A stretch of 64,000 bases of DNA from an uncultured virus (IMG/VR IMGVR_UViG_3300028840_003224) (lineage: Duplodnaviria > Heunggongvirae > Uroviricota > Caudoviricetes). The stretch is from IMG/VR virus record IMGVR_UViG_3300028840_003224, positions 1-64,000 of that record. One strand, given 5' to 3'. The first letter of the stretch is position 1. The number at the start of each line of letters is the position of its first letter. Made by a program: the position numbers and the translations under genes. Below the pieces are notes generated by a model. The model searched no databases, was not told where the DNA came from, and saw nothing but the letters and a program-made list of their open reading frames with translations. Shown one piece after another: positions 28,902 to 38,969 of this stretch.

Positions 28902-28932
28902 ATGGGGAGCACTTCGGTGCTCCCCATCTTTT
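28902..28932 (+). terminator. Intrinsic terminator
   Basis: ATGGGGAGCAC-TTCG-GTGCTCCCCAT-CTTTT. Confidence 0.8.
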
Positions 28933-28948
28933 ACCTTCGGAGATTATC

Positions 28949-29845
28949 ATGGTAAGACGAGAACAATTTGTCAACGACGCAGAGACCACGATCAACGGGA
29001 CCGTGAACGCGACAACCACCAGTATCGTCGTGACAGACGGCTCGGTCTTCCCGGCTGAGGGCGACTACCGACTGCTGATCGACAGCGAGGTTGTCCTGGT
29101 GTCCGACAACACCACCAACACACTAACAGTCGAACGAGGCGTGGACGGAACCACTGGTGCCTCCCACACCGACCTCACAACCATCCAGGCCGTCCTGACC
29201 GGTGGAGCTATCGACCAGTACATGGACGACTCCTCCGCTGGCTACAGCGACCGCTACCCATACCGCATCCTCGACGAGGACGGCAACACACTCACATCAT
29301 CCAACTTCACCTGGGTCAACCAGGGCACCGCCACGGTCATCGACGACTCATGGGGTGGTATCACCATGACAACGAACACGTTGTCCGGCGACAACATGCG
29401 GATTCTCAAACGAAGCGCACCATCTGGCGCGTGGACGATGACCGCCCACTTCCTGTTCGGCCCTGGCTACAACAATGGCGGCGGGGCGAGCAGCAGTTAC
29501 ATGTCCCTGCTGGTGCGCGAGTCAGATACGGGTAAGCTCTGTGTCATCGAGGCTCGCATCGGCGGATCGTTCCTGACACGTCGCTACAACAGCCCCACCA
29601 GCTATAACTCGCAGCAGGCCATCCAGGACTTCTCCAGTGACCGGACCTGGATGCAGATCGAGGACGACACTACTAACCTGTACTTCCGCTGTTCCGCTGA
29701 CGGCATCAACTGGTTCGAGACGGCCAATTATGCTCGCGGAACCTTCATGACGAGTGCGGGACCAGACGAGATCGGCTTCCTGTGTAACAGCGATGGCGGC
29801 GGACTCTTGCAGCCTTATCACATTCAATCCTGGATAGTCGAATGA
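28949..29845 (+). CDS. Tail protein with lectin/ConA-like C-domain, paralogue 1
   Basis: LTVERGVDGTTGASH N-domain; SADGINW; GPDEIGF. Confidence 0.75.
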   Translation: MVRREQFVNDAETTINGTVNATTTSIVVTDGSVFPAEGDYRLLIDSEVVLVSDNTTNTLTVERGVDGTTGASHTDLTTIQAVLTGGAIDQYMDDSSAGYSDRYPYRILDEDGNTLTSSNFTWVNQGTATVIDDSWGGITMTTNTLSGDNMRILKRSAPSGAWTMTAHFLFGPGYNNGGGASSSYMSLLVRESDTGKLCVIEARIGGSFLTRRYNSPTSYNSQQAIQDFSSDRTWMQIEDDTTNLYFRCSADGINWFETANYARGTFMTSAGPDEIGFLCNSDGGGLLQPYHIQSWIVE

Positions 29846-30717
29846 GACGAACACGATTTCTAAACGCCATCTCTGGCCTGACGGTCGGCACCAGCATCAA
29901 CGCAACCAACACCACTCTCGACGTTCTTGGGGCTTCTGCCCTTCCAGCCGAGGGAGACTTCAATCTTTTCTGTGACGCCGAGATCATGTTGGCCACTCAC
30001 CGCACAGGTAACAGCGTGACTGTGGTGCGAGGGGTGGACGGCAGCACAGGCGCTTCGCACGACAGCGCAGTGGCCGTCACAACCGGTGCCACCAAGACTG
30101 CTATGGACAAGATCAAGTGTGATGCAGGGTTCAACTGCGGGGCCAACCCGAACAGCCTCACGGTTAACACCGCGAACTTCTCATGGGCCAACCAAGGCAC
30201 CTCCTCGCTGATACAGAACACCTGGGGCGGCATCACGTTGCAAACCCAGAACGCAGCATCGCACTCTATGCGAATCGCTTACATCTCGGCCCCATCTGAG
30301 CCGTGGACTCTCACTGCCAAGGTCAAACTGCCTCCGACTTCTGAGAACGGAGTATCTGGGTCGCACGGCGGTCTGATCCTCGGTGACTCAGGCAGCACCC
30401 GGTGGGAGACTCTGTCCGCTCGACTCTGGTCGGGCTTCAGCTGGTGGCGGTGGAACAGCGAGACCAACTGGGCAAACTCTGCCGCAGACCACGACCTTGA
30501 GATCCTTCCTACTGGCGCGTGGATGAGGTGGGTGAACAATGGTGTCACCATCCAGCCTTTCGTCAGCATCGACGGCGAGAACTGGCTTCAGATGGCGTCG
30601 TCCCTTAGCAAAGGGGCTTGGCTCAACGTGAACGGGCCGGATCAAATCGGCTTCTATTACTCCAACCATCAAACTGACGGCGAGCTGTTTAATCTCGATG
30701 CGTGGTTGGTGACATAA
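29842..30717 (+). CDS. Tail protein with lectin/ConA-like C-domain, paralogue 2
   Basis: VTVVRGVDGSTGASH; SIDGENW; GPDQIGF. Confidence 0.75.
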   Translation: MRRTRFLNAISGLTVGTSINATNTTLDVLGASALPAEGDFNLFCDAEIMLATHRTGNSVTVVRGVDGSTGASHDSAVAVTTGATKTAMDKIKCDAGFNCGANPNSLTVNTANFSWANQGTSSLIQNTWGGITLQTQNAASHSMRIAYISAPSEPWTLTAKVKLPPTSENGVSGSHGGLILGDSGSTRWETLSARLWSGFSWWRWNSETNWANSAADHDLEILPTGAWMRWVNNGVTIQPFVSIDGENWLQMASSLSKGAWLNVNGPDQIGFYYSNHQTDGELFNLDAWLVT

Positions 30718-30727
30718 CGAGGACACT

Positions 30728-32119
30728 ATGGCAAAGCAATCACAACTAGGAACCGCCAACTCCACCCTGGCCAACGACATGGTCTTGGGTGTGCAGGGTA
30801 GTAGCACGCCCGTACTGGATCAGTCTGTCAACAACACGCTGTCCTTCGTCCAGGTGGCTGAGTATGAGCCTTTGCTTGTCCGTACGCCCTCGAACACTCT
30901 GTCGTTCGTGCAGGAGGCGTCTGCCGCCAGAGATATACCGGTTGGCATCTCGCAAGCCATCAACTTCGTGTCCCTCGGCGGTCGTACGCGGGAAGGTACT
31001 GTCACCAGTACGCTGAGCCTGAATGATGTTCTAATCTACTTCAACTACATCGGCGACCGCAACGTTGCTGGCAACACCCTGAACCTGACGCAGTCCGTAA
31101 CCACGCTGTCGGCCTTGGCCGTCAGCCACACCTTGGGACTGTCCGACTCAGTCGAGTATTCTGGCCCGCTACCAGTTCAACGTGTGTATCACTTCCTGGG
31201 GCTGTCGTCCAAGACCAGCACGCCTTACCGCATGTGGGTTGACGACGTTATCGGGTTTGTTGACGACGCCCGCATCCCGCTTCCGACCCAACATGTGACC
31301 CATACAATCAACTTCGTGCACGACTCGCCCATCGGCAAGGTGTGGGACACTTTGAACCTCACACAGACCGTTGAGTGGGGTTACCACATCGAGGTCAGCA
31401 ACACCCTGAACATAGTCGACGATTTCGAGTTGCAAGGGCTGTACATCCGAGCAGTTGCCCACGATCTGGGCATCGGGCACGCCTTGACGTGGTTCGAGGA
31501 CACTCCCTGCGGCAGGAAGCAGTACACGCCGTTCCAGGGCGAGAATACGATCCCTACCGACGTGGTCGCCCCTCCGAACGAGCTGCAAGAGCCACAAGGC
31601 TCGATCTCAGACCGGTTCGCCCTGTACCAGCCTCCACTCGGTGTGAAGACCGACGAAGTCGTGCTCCGAGCCCCTGAGCTGGACAACCGCGACAGGAACG
31701 CCTACAGCCGCGTACAACGCGAGACGCGGGGCGGGCACCTCTCAGTCTACGCCGACCCCGACTGGCCTCAGCAACGCACTCTGGCCCTCACACTGGTAGG
31801 TCTGACCGAGACCCAGGTGGACGAGCTGCACACGTTCCTACAGAGCACCCTCGGACAGGCCGTGGGACTAACGGACTGGGAAGGCAGGCTCTGGGAAGGT
31901 GTGGTCACCAACCCGCAGGAAGTCGCCACTCAGGACGGCAGAGACAAGTGGACCATCAGCCTGGAGTTCGAGGGCGAGATGCTCGACGTCGAGCAGCCCG
32001 GCAACGACGATGGTAACGGAATGGCGATGGACCTCACCGACGAGGTTGCCATAGAAGTCACGAAGTGGTTCCGCGACGAGATGGTACTTGAAGACGAGGC
32101 GGTAGGAGTTATAGTATGA
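30728..32119 (+). CDS. Tail protein with NTLxF/L repeats and distal-tail-like C-domain
   Basis: NTLSFVQ/NTLNLTQ repeats; LTDWEGRLWEG. Confidence 0.75.
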   Translation: MAKQSQLGTANSTLANDMVLGVQGSSTPVLDQSVNNTLSFVQVAEYEPLLVRTPSNTLSFVQEASAARDIPVGISQAINFVSLGGRTREGTVTSTLSLNDVLIYFNYIGDRNVAGNTLNLTQSVTTLSALAVSHTLGLSDSVEYSGPLPVQRVYHFLGLSSKTSTPYRMWVDDVIGFVDDARIPLPTQHVTHTINFVHDSPIGKVWDTLNLTQTVEWGYHIEVSNTLNIVDDFELQGLYIRAVAHDLGIGHALTWFEDTPCGRKQYTPFQGENTIPTDVVAPPNELQEPQGSISDRFALYQPPLGVKTDEVVLRAPELDNRDRNAYSRVQRETRGGHLSVYADPDWPQQRTLALTLVGLTETQVDELHTFLQSTLGQAVGLTDWEGRLWEGVVTNPQEVATQDGRDKWTISLEFEGEMLDVEQPGNDDGNGMAMDLTDEVAIEVTKWFRDEMVLEDEAVGVIV

Positions 32120-32505
32120 GTTTCATCCTGAAGGCACCGTACCCGGCAGTGCGGACGACCACCCTGCTGCCCAGCCCCGAGTGGGGAGATTCAAAGGCAC
32201 TGACAGGAACAGTGTCCACAATGCGAACCATGGACGGCACGCTTTACACATACGTCCAGTCGCGCGACGGGCGCAGGAAGTTCAACTGGCAATTCAACAT
32301 CGCTCGCAATAAGGCTCTAGAGCTGCGGGCGTTCATCACGTCATACATCGGCAAGACCATTCAGGTCATAGACCATGATGGCGACGAATGGATCGGGTAC
32401 TTTATGAGTAACCCGTTTGAGTTCGCAGGTTCCGGCAGGGCAGGTGACGGCTGGCCCGGTGGCGAGACCATGACAATCATTATAGAGTTTGAGGAAAAAT
32501 CATGA
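32116..32505 (+). CDS. Distal tail-like protein
   Basis: RTMDGTLYTY, IDHDGDEWIG; position. Confidence 0.65.
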   Translation: MSFILKAPYPAVRTTTLLPSPEWGDSKALTGTVSTMRTMDGTLYTYVQSRDGRRKFNWQFNIARNKALELRAFITSYIGKTIQVIDHDGDEWIGYFMSNPFEFAGSGRAGDGWPGGETMTIIIEFEEKS

Positions 32506-35500
32506 GAAGTGTAACGGCAAATGCACAAGCAGTTTTAGACCAACGCCTTGGTAGCGAGTGGATGGTCATCTTAGAGGTGGAGTGGGTGGAAGGAACCGTC
32601 CTGCGATACACTGACCAAAGAGGCGTCCTGGAAAACGTCAGCCCAGTCATCGTCGAGATGGGTGGGTTCGACGGTTCCATGATGTTGTCCGGTTCCGGAG
32701 ACTCGCAAGATCTCTCCGTCACCCTCGACGACATCGACGGCCACTTGCGATCCCTGTACAACAGCTATGACATTCACAAACGTCCCGCCAGTGTGTACAT
32801 GCTGCCGAAGGGCCTGCCTCTTGACGACAAGATCCTGGTGTTCCAGGGCGAGATCGTCACGCCGATGCAGTGGGCCGAGTCGCAGCGGACCATGAGCTTC
32901 AACATCCTTTCCAAGTTGGAGGAAGTGGAAGTTGGGTTCAGCATGGAAGAGGGCGACTTCCCGAACATCCCAGACGAGGCGCTGGGAAAGGCGTGGCCGC
33001 TCGTATTTGGTCAGGTTTGCCACCTGCCCGCCGTCAAGGTACGCGCGCCACGCCGAGGTATTCTTCAGAGCGGTGAGGGCATCATCGACTTCACACTCGA
33101 CGAGCGAATCTGTCAAGCGTTGCAGATTCAGTGCCCTTCAGTTTCCACCGGCACCCAGCAAACAATCTTGCGATCCGGAAACAACGTTTACACGACCACC
33201 GAGGAAGAGACCTTTGGTCCTGACCTTGAGTGCGTGAACCGACGCTTCGGCGAGCTGTGCCAGCTCCGAGACATGTTGAATCAGCAGTTGGCCTACCAGC
33301 ACACCACGATGAACATCTACAACGGTATCAGCTTCCCGCAAAACCAGAGTGTAGAGATTTATGTGAACGGAGCCATCTTCACTGGTGTCTTCAGCGCCAA
33401 CTCGTTCGCAATATCAAACAGGCTCCACCCAGACTACAACACTTGGGCTCATCAGCCTTGCGTGCGAGTCCCGGTGGAAGTCACCTACGGTATGTTGCTC
33501 GGCTACGCCCAGATAGGCGACGAGACGGCCAACACTGGCGGTTACTGGCTGGTGTCGCACGGTGGCGCGCCCGGTAGTGGTCTGCAACAGGCCACGTGGG
33601 TTCCTGCGAACCAAGGTGCCAGCTTCTGGGCAAACCAAAACCAACAACAGGCATTTGATTCGTGCGAAGCCGCATTCGTGGCCGTCCCAGGGATGGTTGG
33701 CGGGCCTAAGGACTCGTGGGCATATTACGACGCCTTGCGAGCAAACGACTTCTTCTGGGCTCCTTCAGGCAGCGAAGTCTACATGGAGTCGGAGTCAGAG
33801 ATCCTGTACATCGTCAGCCTGCTCCCAGGCACGGTGGACGGCGTCGCGGCGTACCGAACTGCCAGCAATGGCATCAAGTACCTGACTGAGGTGCCCTCTG
33901 ATTACTACACCGTCTATGAAACTGACTACCAAGGCTATCAGGTCGTTGAGATTGGCCTGAACAAAGCCCTCGGACTGTACGATGATGGCTGGGACGAGCA
34001 GCTCTATGTTTCGTTCACTTCCAGCGTAGGTCCGAACCCTTGCGACATCATCGAGTGGTTGATCGGCAAGTACACCAACATGACCATCGACTCGGCCAGC
34101 TTCGCGTCGGTTAAAGCCGCCCTGGCGAAGTACCCCGCGAATCGAGCCGTATTGGAACGTCCAGACGTATTCGACATCATTAACGACCTCGCGTATCAGT
34201 CCCGGTGCGCAGTGTACTATCGCAACAACGTTGTGTACATCAAGTACCTGTCCACTGAGCCTGCGAGTGAGCGGACACTGACCGAGTCGGACATCTTACA
34301 CGAAACGTTCGTGGAATCGCTCAGTGACACAAACGACATCTACACCACACACGACTGCGTATGGCAGAAGGCTGGTGCTACGCTCACCGACCAGGACAGG
34401 GTGGAAGAGAAAATCATCCTGAAGTACAACGTCAGCAAATACGGGACAAACATCCTGAGCACAGACTACCACTGGTACAACATCTACGACAACGTTCTGA
34501 AGTCGGCCACCTTCTGGTTGATCCGCAAGGCGTGCTCGTGGAAGATGGTGGAGTTCGAGCTGCCGATTAAGCACATGGACCTGGACGTGGGCGACTGTGT
34601 CACGTTGGATGTGGCTCAGTTCGGTCCCGCCGTGAAGGTGGTCATCGAGAAGCTCACAATCGACCCTGACGACAACAAGGTCAAGCTCTCGTGCTGGACG
34701 CCAGTACGAGTGGGTGAGACCGAAGAGTATCAGTGGGCGTGGCCCGCTCTGAAGTCACAGACCGCCGTGTGGCCCCTCCCAGGGGACACCAATGGTGGTG
34801 GCGGTTACAACTTCACAGTTGAGCCTCCGGAAGGTCACATCCTGCTTGGTGGGTCGCACCGGGACGATCAGCTGATCATCTCGTCCGGCGACTTGCACCC
34901 GAGCGACCTGGACGATTACCTCCAGGTGCCTTTCTGCGAAGTGTCTGACTACGTGAACTTCAACGAGCCAGATCCTATCCTCGCCGTTCGCGACATCGCC
35001 ACTTCGGCGGCACGTCAGAACATCGAGAGTGCTGTCTCTGGTGGCTCGCCTGTCGGCAACGCAAACACCAGCAGCAAGGCAGAGACTGGCGAAAAAGAAT
35101 GCGGGTCTGGCGACGGTTGCAATTACAAGGTAACCATCACTTGGCACACAAGTGCGGCTCAGGGTCAAGCTACCGCTCTCGGTGGTGCTACCAAGGACGG
35201 AACCTGCGGAGGCCCATGTGTCTGCAAAGGTGGTTGCCCCTCGTGCTTCGGCCCGATCTGGAATGTGTGCCACTCGTTCGGCAGTGCTGGTGGTGCTCAC
35301 GCGTTTCAGGCGAGAACTCACCAGGACTACGGTGCGAGATCTAACGGCTGGTGGGAGTGCAACGAGACTCGCGCACTTCAAATCGTGGCCTCCAATGGTG
35401 AGCAGGATAGCGACGACTGCGAAGACATCGGGGATGCCGAGCCTGCTAACGACGGGACCACTCCAATCGCGGAATACAAGCGACCAAGTGGAACGACCGG

Positions 35501-35534
35501 GGCAGAGCCTAACGATCCCATCTACGAGGTATAG
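32502..35534 (+). CDS. Tail tip/baseplate hub protein with Cys-rich C-terminus
   Basis: WPLVFGQV, NPCDII, LDVGDCV; 1010 aa. Confidence 0.8.
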   Translation: MRSVTANAQAVLDQRLGSEWMVILEVEWVEGTVLRYTDQRGVLENVSPVIVEMGGFDGSMMLSGSGDSQDLSVTLDDIDGHLRSLYNSYDIHKRPASVYMLPKGLPLDDKILVFQGEIVTPMQWAESQRTMSFNILSKLEEVEVGFSMEEGDFPNIPDEALGKAWPLVFGQVCHLPAVKVRAPRRGILQSGEGIIDFTLDERICQALQIQCPSVSTGTQQTILRSGNNVYTTTEEETFGPDLECVNRRFGELCQLRDMLNQQLAYQHTTMNIYNGISFPQNQSVEIYVNGAIFTGVFSANSFAISNRLHPDYNTWAHQPCVRVPVEVTYGMLLGYAQIGDETANTGGYWLVSHGGAPGSGLQQATWVPANQGASFWANQNQQQAFDSCEAAFVAVPGMVGGPKDSWAYYDALRANDFFWAPSGSEVYMESESEILYIVSLLPGTVDGVAAYRTASNGIKYLTEVPSDYYTVYETDYQGYQVVEIGLNKALGLYDDGWDEQLYVSFTSSVGPNPCDIIEWLIGKYTNMTIDSASFASVKAALAKYPANRAVLERPDVFDIINDLAYQSRCAVYYRNNVVYIKYLSTEPASERTLTESDILHETFVESLSDTNDIYTTHDCVWQKAGATLTDQDRVEEKIILKYNVSKYGTNILSTDYHWYNIYDNVLKSATFWLIRKACSWKMVEFELPIKHMDLDVGDCVTLDVAQFGPAVKVVIEKLTIDPDDNKVKLSCWTPVRVGETEEYQWAWPALKSQTAVWPLPGDTNGGGGYNFTVEPPEGHILLGGSHRDDQLIISSGDLHPSDLDDYLQVPFCEVSDYVNFNEPDPILAVRDIATSAARQNIESAVSGGSPVGNANTSSKAETGEKECGSGDGCNYKVTITWHTSAAQGQATALGGATKDGTCGGPCVCKGGCPSCFGPIWNVCHSFGSAGGAHAFQARTHQDYGARSNGWWECNETRALQIVASNGEQDSDDCEDIGDAEPANDGTTPIAEYKRPSGTTGAEPNDPIYEV

Positions 35535-35545
35535 GAGACGGAAAG

Positions 35546-36106
35546 ATGTTAGAGTGTTCAAAACGACAGAAGGTAGTTAAGCGGAGCGAAGGACTCACCA
35601 TACTCCGCTGCATCAACAAGCAATGTTCAGTTCACGGAAGTGAAGTGAACGAAGAGACATGTGCCCTATGCCCTGTGCGGTCGGTTCTCAATAAGACACC
35701 GCCTTGCCGGGGAGTGAAAGCCATGCCGCTTGAAGAGCTGCCTTCTGTCGACCGGGCAGCGGCGATAGACGTCTCCCACCTGTCAGCTGAAGTGCGTAAC
35801 CTGCAAGAGGGCACGGTGCTGGAAGGTGCTGAGGTGCCCGACACCGTTGAGGCCGAGTATCCTGCGTTGTCGCTACAATTGTGGCAGTACAAGGAAGCAC
35901 TGGTCAAGTGGAACAAGGCAGGACGCCCGACGCGCACCGACGAAGAGGTACAGGAAATCCACGACAAGCTCTGCACGCCGTGTGGCTGGTATGACCCCGC
36001 TAAGAAGCGTTGCCGAGGCTGTGGCTGTAAGGTCACGACCGGAGCCGTTGCGGTTTTCAATAAGCTGAGGATGGCGACAGAGAGTTGCCCGAAAGGACTT
36101 TGGTAA
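35546..36106 (+). CDS. Cys-rich hypothetical protein
   Basis: CxxC...CxxCGC...KLRMATESCPKGLW. Confidence 0.75.
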   Translation: MLECSKRQKVVKRSEGLTILRCINKQCSVHGSEVNEETCALCPVRSVLNKTPPCRGVKAMPLEELPSVDRAAAIDVSHLSAEVRNLQEGTVLEGAEVPDTVEAEYPALSLQLWQYKEALVKWNKAGRPTRTDEEVQEIHDKLCTPCGWYDPAKKRCRGCGCKVTTGAVAVFNKLRMATESCPKGLW

Positions 36107-36654
36107 TGGAATCTGCATTTGGTTGGTTGGGCCGTTTGTTTGAGGCGATGCTGGAATTAGTCCCACGGAGGGTCATCGTGAGAGCCACGGAGGGCGGCGT
36201 CCGGTGGAGCATCTGGCGAAAGCCTAGAGAGATCAAGCCCGGCTTCCGTATGTATTGGCCACTCATCACCGCCATCGAAATCATCGTCGTCGCCCGGCAG
36301 ACCATCAACACGCCCACCCAGTCACTGATGACGCGGGACGGCGAGACTGTGGTCGCGGGCGGCGTCACAATATATCACATCTCGGATGTTGTGAAAGCCA
36401 TAGGCGAGCGAAACTGGAGCCCTGAAGAAACCGCTGCGGACATCTCGCAAGCGGCGTTGGTAGAAGTGATCTCCAGCCACGACCTAGATTGGCTGCTGGA
36501 GAATATCTCTGGCAAGGTGGAGAAGGAACTCACGGAGAAGACTCGCGAGCAACTAAGAAAATATGGAGTGCATGTGGGGCGGGCGGCACTGGCCGACTTC
36601 TCGACCGTGCGTCAGTTAAACCATTCTGGTATCGTGATCAACATACAACAGTAG
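36106..36654 (+). CDS. SPFH/band 7 domain protein
   Basis: EGGVRW...PG...QSLMTRDG...YGVHV. Confidence 0.8.
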   Translation: MESAFGWLGRLFEAMLELVPRRVIVRATEGGVRWSIWRKPREIKPGFRMYWPLITAIEIIVVARQTINTPTQSLMTRDGETVVAGGVTIYHISDVVKAIGERNWSPEETAADISQAALVEVISSHDLDWLLENISGKVEKELTEKTREQLRKYGVHVGRAALADFSTVRQLNHSGIVINIQQ

Positions 36655-36681
36655 GATCGTAGTAAGGAAGGAAGAGGGCAG

Positions 36682-36969
36682 ATGCAGTTAGGATATACAA
36701 GGATCGTCGAGTCGGAACTTACAGAAGATATGGTAGGGCAGAGCCTCACGCTGGTGGGGTCACAATTAGTGTCGGCAGTGACACTGTTGGAGTGGTCGGG
36801 CAACCCGTTGGTGTCGATCTCTCCAATGCCGAGTCACTGTCTGCTGATCGTGTCGTCCAACACGGCCAACGGCTGGGAGACATATGTCTGCCCGTCTCAG
36901 GAGGCTGTCAGACTTAGTCTCGGCGAGGACAACTCGCTGGACGCTTTGATAGTTGGACTGGTCCCATAA
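36682..36969 (+). CDS. Hypothetical protein
   Basis: Purine-rich leader; followed by terminator. Confidence 0.5.
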   Translation: MQLGYTRIVESELTEDMVGQSLTLVGSQLVSAVTLLEWSGNPLVSISPMPSHCLLIVSSNTANGWETYVCPSQEAVRLSLGEDNSLDALIVGLVP

Positions 36970-37014
36970 CTCATTACACAGCAGTAGGTGCCTGGGGACC
37001 AATGGTACCTATTA

Positions 37015-37049
37015 CAAAACCCCAGTGGATTGCTCCACTGGGGTTTTTG
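37015..37049. terminator. Bidirectional intrinsic terminator
   Basis: AAAACCCCAGTGGA/TCCACTGGGGTTTT near convergence of + and - gene blocks. Confidence 0.85.
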
Positions 37050-37062
37050 CTTGGAGGATAAT

Positions 37063-37209
37063 ATGGCTAAGAGATGTCGTAAGTGCAGAGAAGGCCGCAA
37101 GATCAGGGCCACGGTAAAGCGTCCAGCCCGCGTCACCTCGCACCGCAAAGCGAAGCGAGATGCGCAGAGGGAAGCAAAGAACAAACGTCTAGCCGAAGAG
37201 GCTGAGTAG
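37063..37209 (+). CDS. Small basic protein
   Basis: GGAGG RBS; MAKRCRKCREGRK. Confidence 0.5.
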   Translation: MAKRCRKCREGRKIRATVKRPARVTSHRKAKRDAQREAKNKRLAEEAE

Positions 37210-37785
37210 GTTGCGATACACTTCTGCCGTCGCTAGGCAGTCAGCCAACGCATCGTGCGCATTCTCAAGCGGGATACCCAGCTTCGCGCATAGTCTCGAC
37301 AGACTCACCTGAGGGAACGGGACTGTCCGACCCTGCCACGCGGCCACATCGTTCAGGGACGTCGCGAAAGTGAACGTGTCCCTGGGGTGGATGTGGAACA
37401 TGGCGTCATACGTGTCCACGCCCAGCCAGTGCGTGAGCATCCCTCGCTCGAACGCAAAGTTGTGGGCCAGCGGGATGAGCCGCTTGCCAACCGGCAGGTT
37501 GAGACCGACGAACCACTTGTCCAGCATGTCTGCCGCCTGCTCCTGGGACAGACACTCTTCCGCCAGCTTGTAAGCGTCCAGCCCGTGCTTCATACGGGCC
37601 TGCTTAGACTGACGCTCCGGATACGTCGGAGCGACGTCCATGTAAAAGAACTTGTGCTCTTTCGATGGCTTCAGATGGTTGTCAAGGGGCACGCAGGCTA
37701 TCTGAATAATCTCGTTCCAGCCAAACACCACCCCTGTGGTTTCCACATCCACCACGCACAGCACGTTGCCGTACAGGTTCTTCAT
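37189..37785 (-). CDS. DEDDh 3'-5' exonuclease (DnaQ-like)
   Basis: VDVETTG, AHNFAFE, HDALADC. Confidence 0.92.
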   Translation of the reverse strand: MKNLYGNVLCVVDVETTGVVFGWNEIIQIACVPLDNHLKPSKEHKFFYMDVAPTYPERQSKQARMKHGLDAYKLAEECLSQEQAADMLDKWFVGLNLPVGKRLIPLAHNFAFERGMLTHWLGVDTYDAMFHIHPRDTFTFATSLNDVAAWQGRTVPFPQVSLSRLCAKLGIPLENAHDALADCLATAEVYRNLLSLFG

Positions 37786-38969
37786 CTCTTCCCCTCCAGC
37801 CCCTCTTCGGGTTTGAACAGCTCCTCCACCCGCTGCTGGCTCTGGTCCTTCAGATCTTGGTCGTAGTTCTTCGACCAGGGCTCGCCGAGCGCAGTGTTGT
37901 AGAAGTTCGCCATCTCTTTCAAGGCGTCCACGTACTTGGTCATCGACATGCCCGAGATCTTAGCGCCTTTGGCCAACACCCTCGTGTCTTCCGGGCCATA
38001 TTCCATGACGAAAGAAAGCATCGTTTCCAGCGGCACATACTCTGAGATCTCTTGTTTGATCGCCAAGGCCTCTGCTTCGGCATCATTATATATCGCATCA
38101 GCGTATTCGTCCCACTCCTCCTCGTCCCACTCCTCGTCGTCCCAACGGGATTCCAGCATCTGACGCGCTACACTGTTAGTGAACCCCATCTGGGCAGCCT
38201 TCTGTGTGACGACCGGCACCTCTCCGCCCCACGCGTCTGCATCGCAACCATCACACCCGCCCGGCTCTTCGCAGCCAGGGCAGTCGCTCATGTCCGCCGC
38301 CTCGTCCAGCTCGGCCTGCTCTTTGTCGGCCTGCGCCTTGGCGATGTCCTGCCGGGCTTTCAACAGATCCTCTTCTGACAAGATGGAACCATAGATGCTG
38401 TTGCCGGTGCACAGGCCAGCTGCCTGGGCCGCGTAGAACGCGTCGCCGGTCTCGTCCTTGCACGCTTCCTTCTTCCTGACGCCAGCCATGTGCTCCTCAA
38501 ACTGAGAAGCCGTCATAGTGAACGTCTCTTCCTTCCCCACTTCATCCAGCTCCACACCTTCCAACGGCAGATCCAGCTCAGGCAGTTCGAGCGGATTGTC
38601 CTCGATGCACAGCGGGTTGTACGGCAGATCGTTCAGCTCTTCCGGAAGCAGCCCTTGCTTGATCAGCTCCTGAGTCTCGATGAGGCAGAGGAAGTTCCAG
38701 CATGCCATATCCAGATGGGGCTCGTCTCGCATGCCCATCATCCACTTGGACATGTGCCGCATGCCTGAATCCGCATACCGCGACAGCGGAATGCCCCGCC
38801 GCCAGTTGTTCGCGCGATACTTCTTCGCCCCTTCCTCGAACACCTTCGACACCTTCATCAGTGCCTGGAAAGGCAGCAAATCCATACGCCCTTTGCCATC
38901 CTGGAGATCGCGGTGCGCGCCTGTCTCGAAGCTGCTACGTTTTCCACTGTCTTTGAAGCCGTCACTCAT
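37782..38969 (-). CDS. dATP/dGTP diphosphohydrolase (DUF5664-like) with acidic extension
   Basis: FETGAHRD..GKGRMDLLP..GAKKY..NW..G..RH..EPHL..ACWN. Confidence 0.85.
   Translation of the reverse strand: MSDGFKDSGKRSSFETGAHRDLQDGKGRMDLLPFQALMKVSKVFEEGAKKYRANNWRRGIPLSRYADSGMRHMSKWMMGMRDEPHLDMACWNFLCLIETQELIKQGLLPEELNDLPYNPLCIEDNPLELPELDLPLEGVELDEVGKEETFTMTASQFEEHMAGVRKKEACKDETGDAFYAAQAAGLCTGNSIYGSILSEEDLLKARQDIAKAQADKEQAELDEAADMSDCPGCEEPGGCDGCDADAWGGEVPVVTQKAAQMGFTNSVARQMLESRWDDEEWDEEEWDEYADAIYNDAEAEALAIKQEISEYVPLETMLSFVMEYGPEDTRVLAKGAKISGMSMTKYVDALKEMANFYNTALGEPWSKNYDQDLKDQSQQRVEELFKPEEGLEGKR

Noticed and set aside
7404..36106. Diversity-generating retroelement or invertible tail cassette behind the paralogue pairs
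   Set aside because: No reverse transcriptase or recombinase seen, and no near-identical template/variable repeat pair noticed
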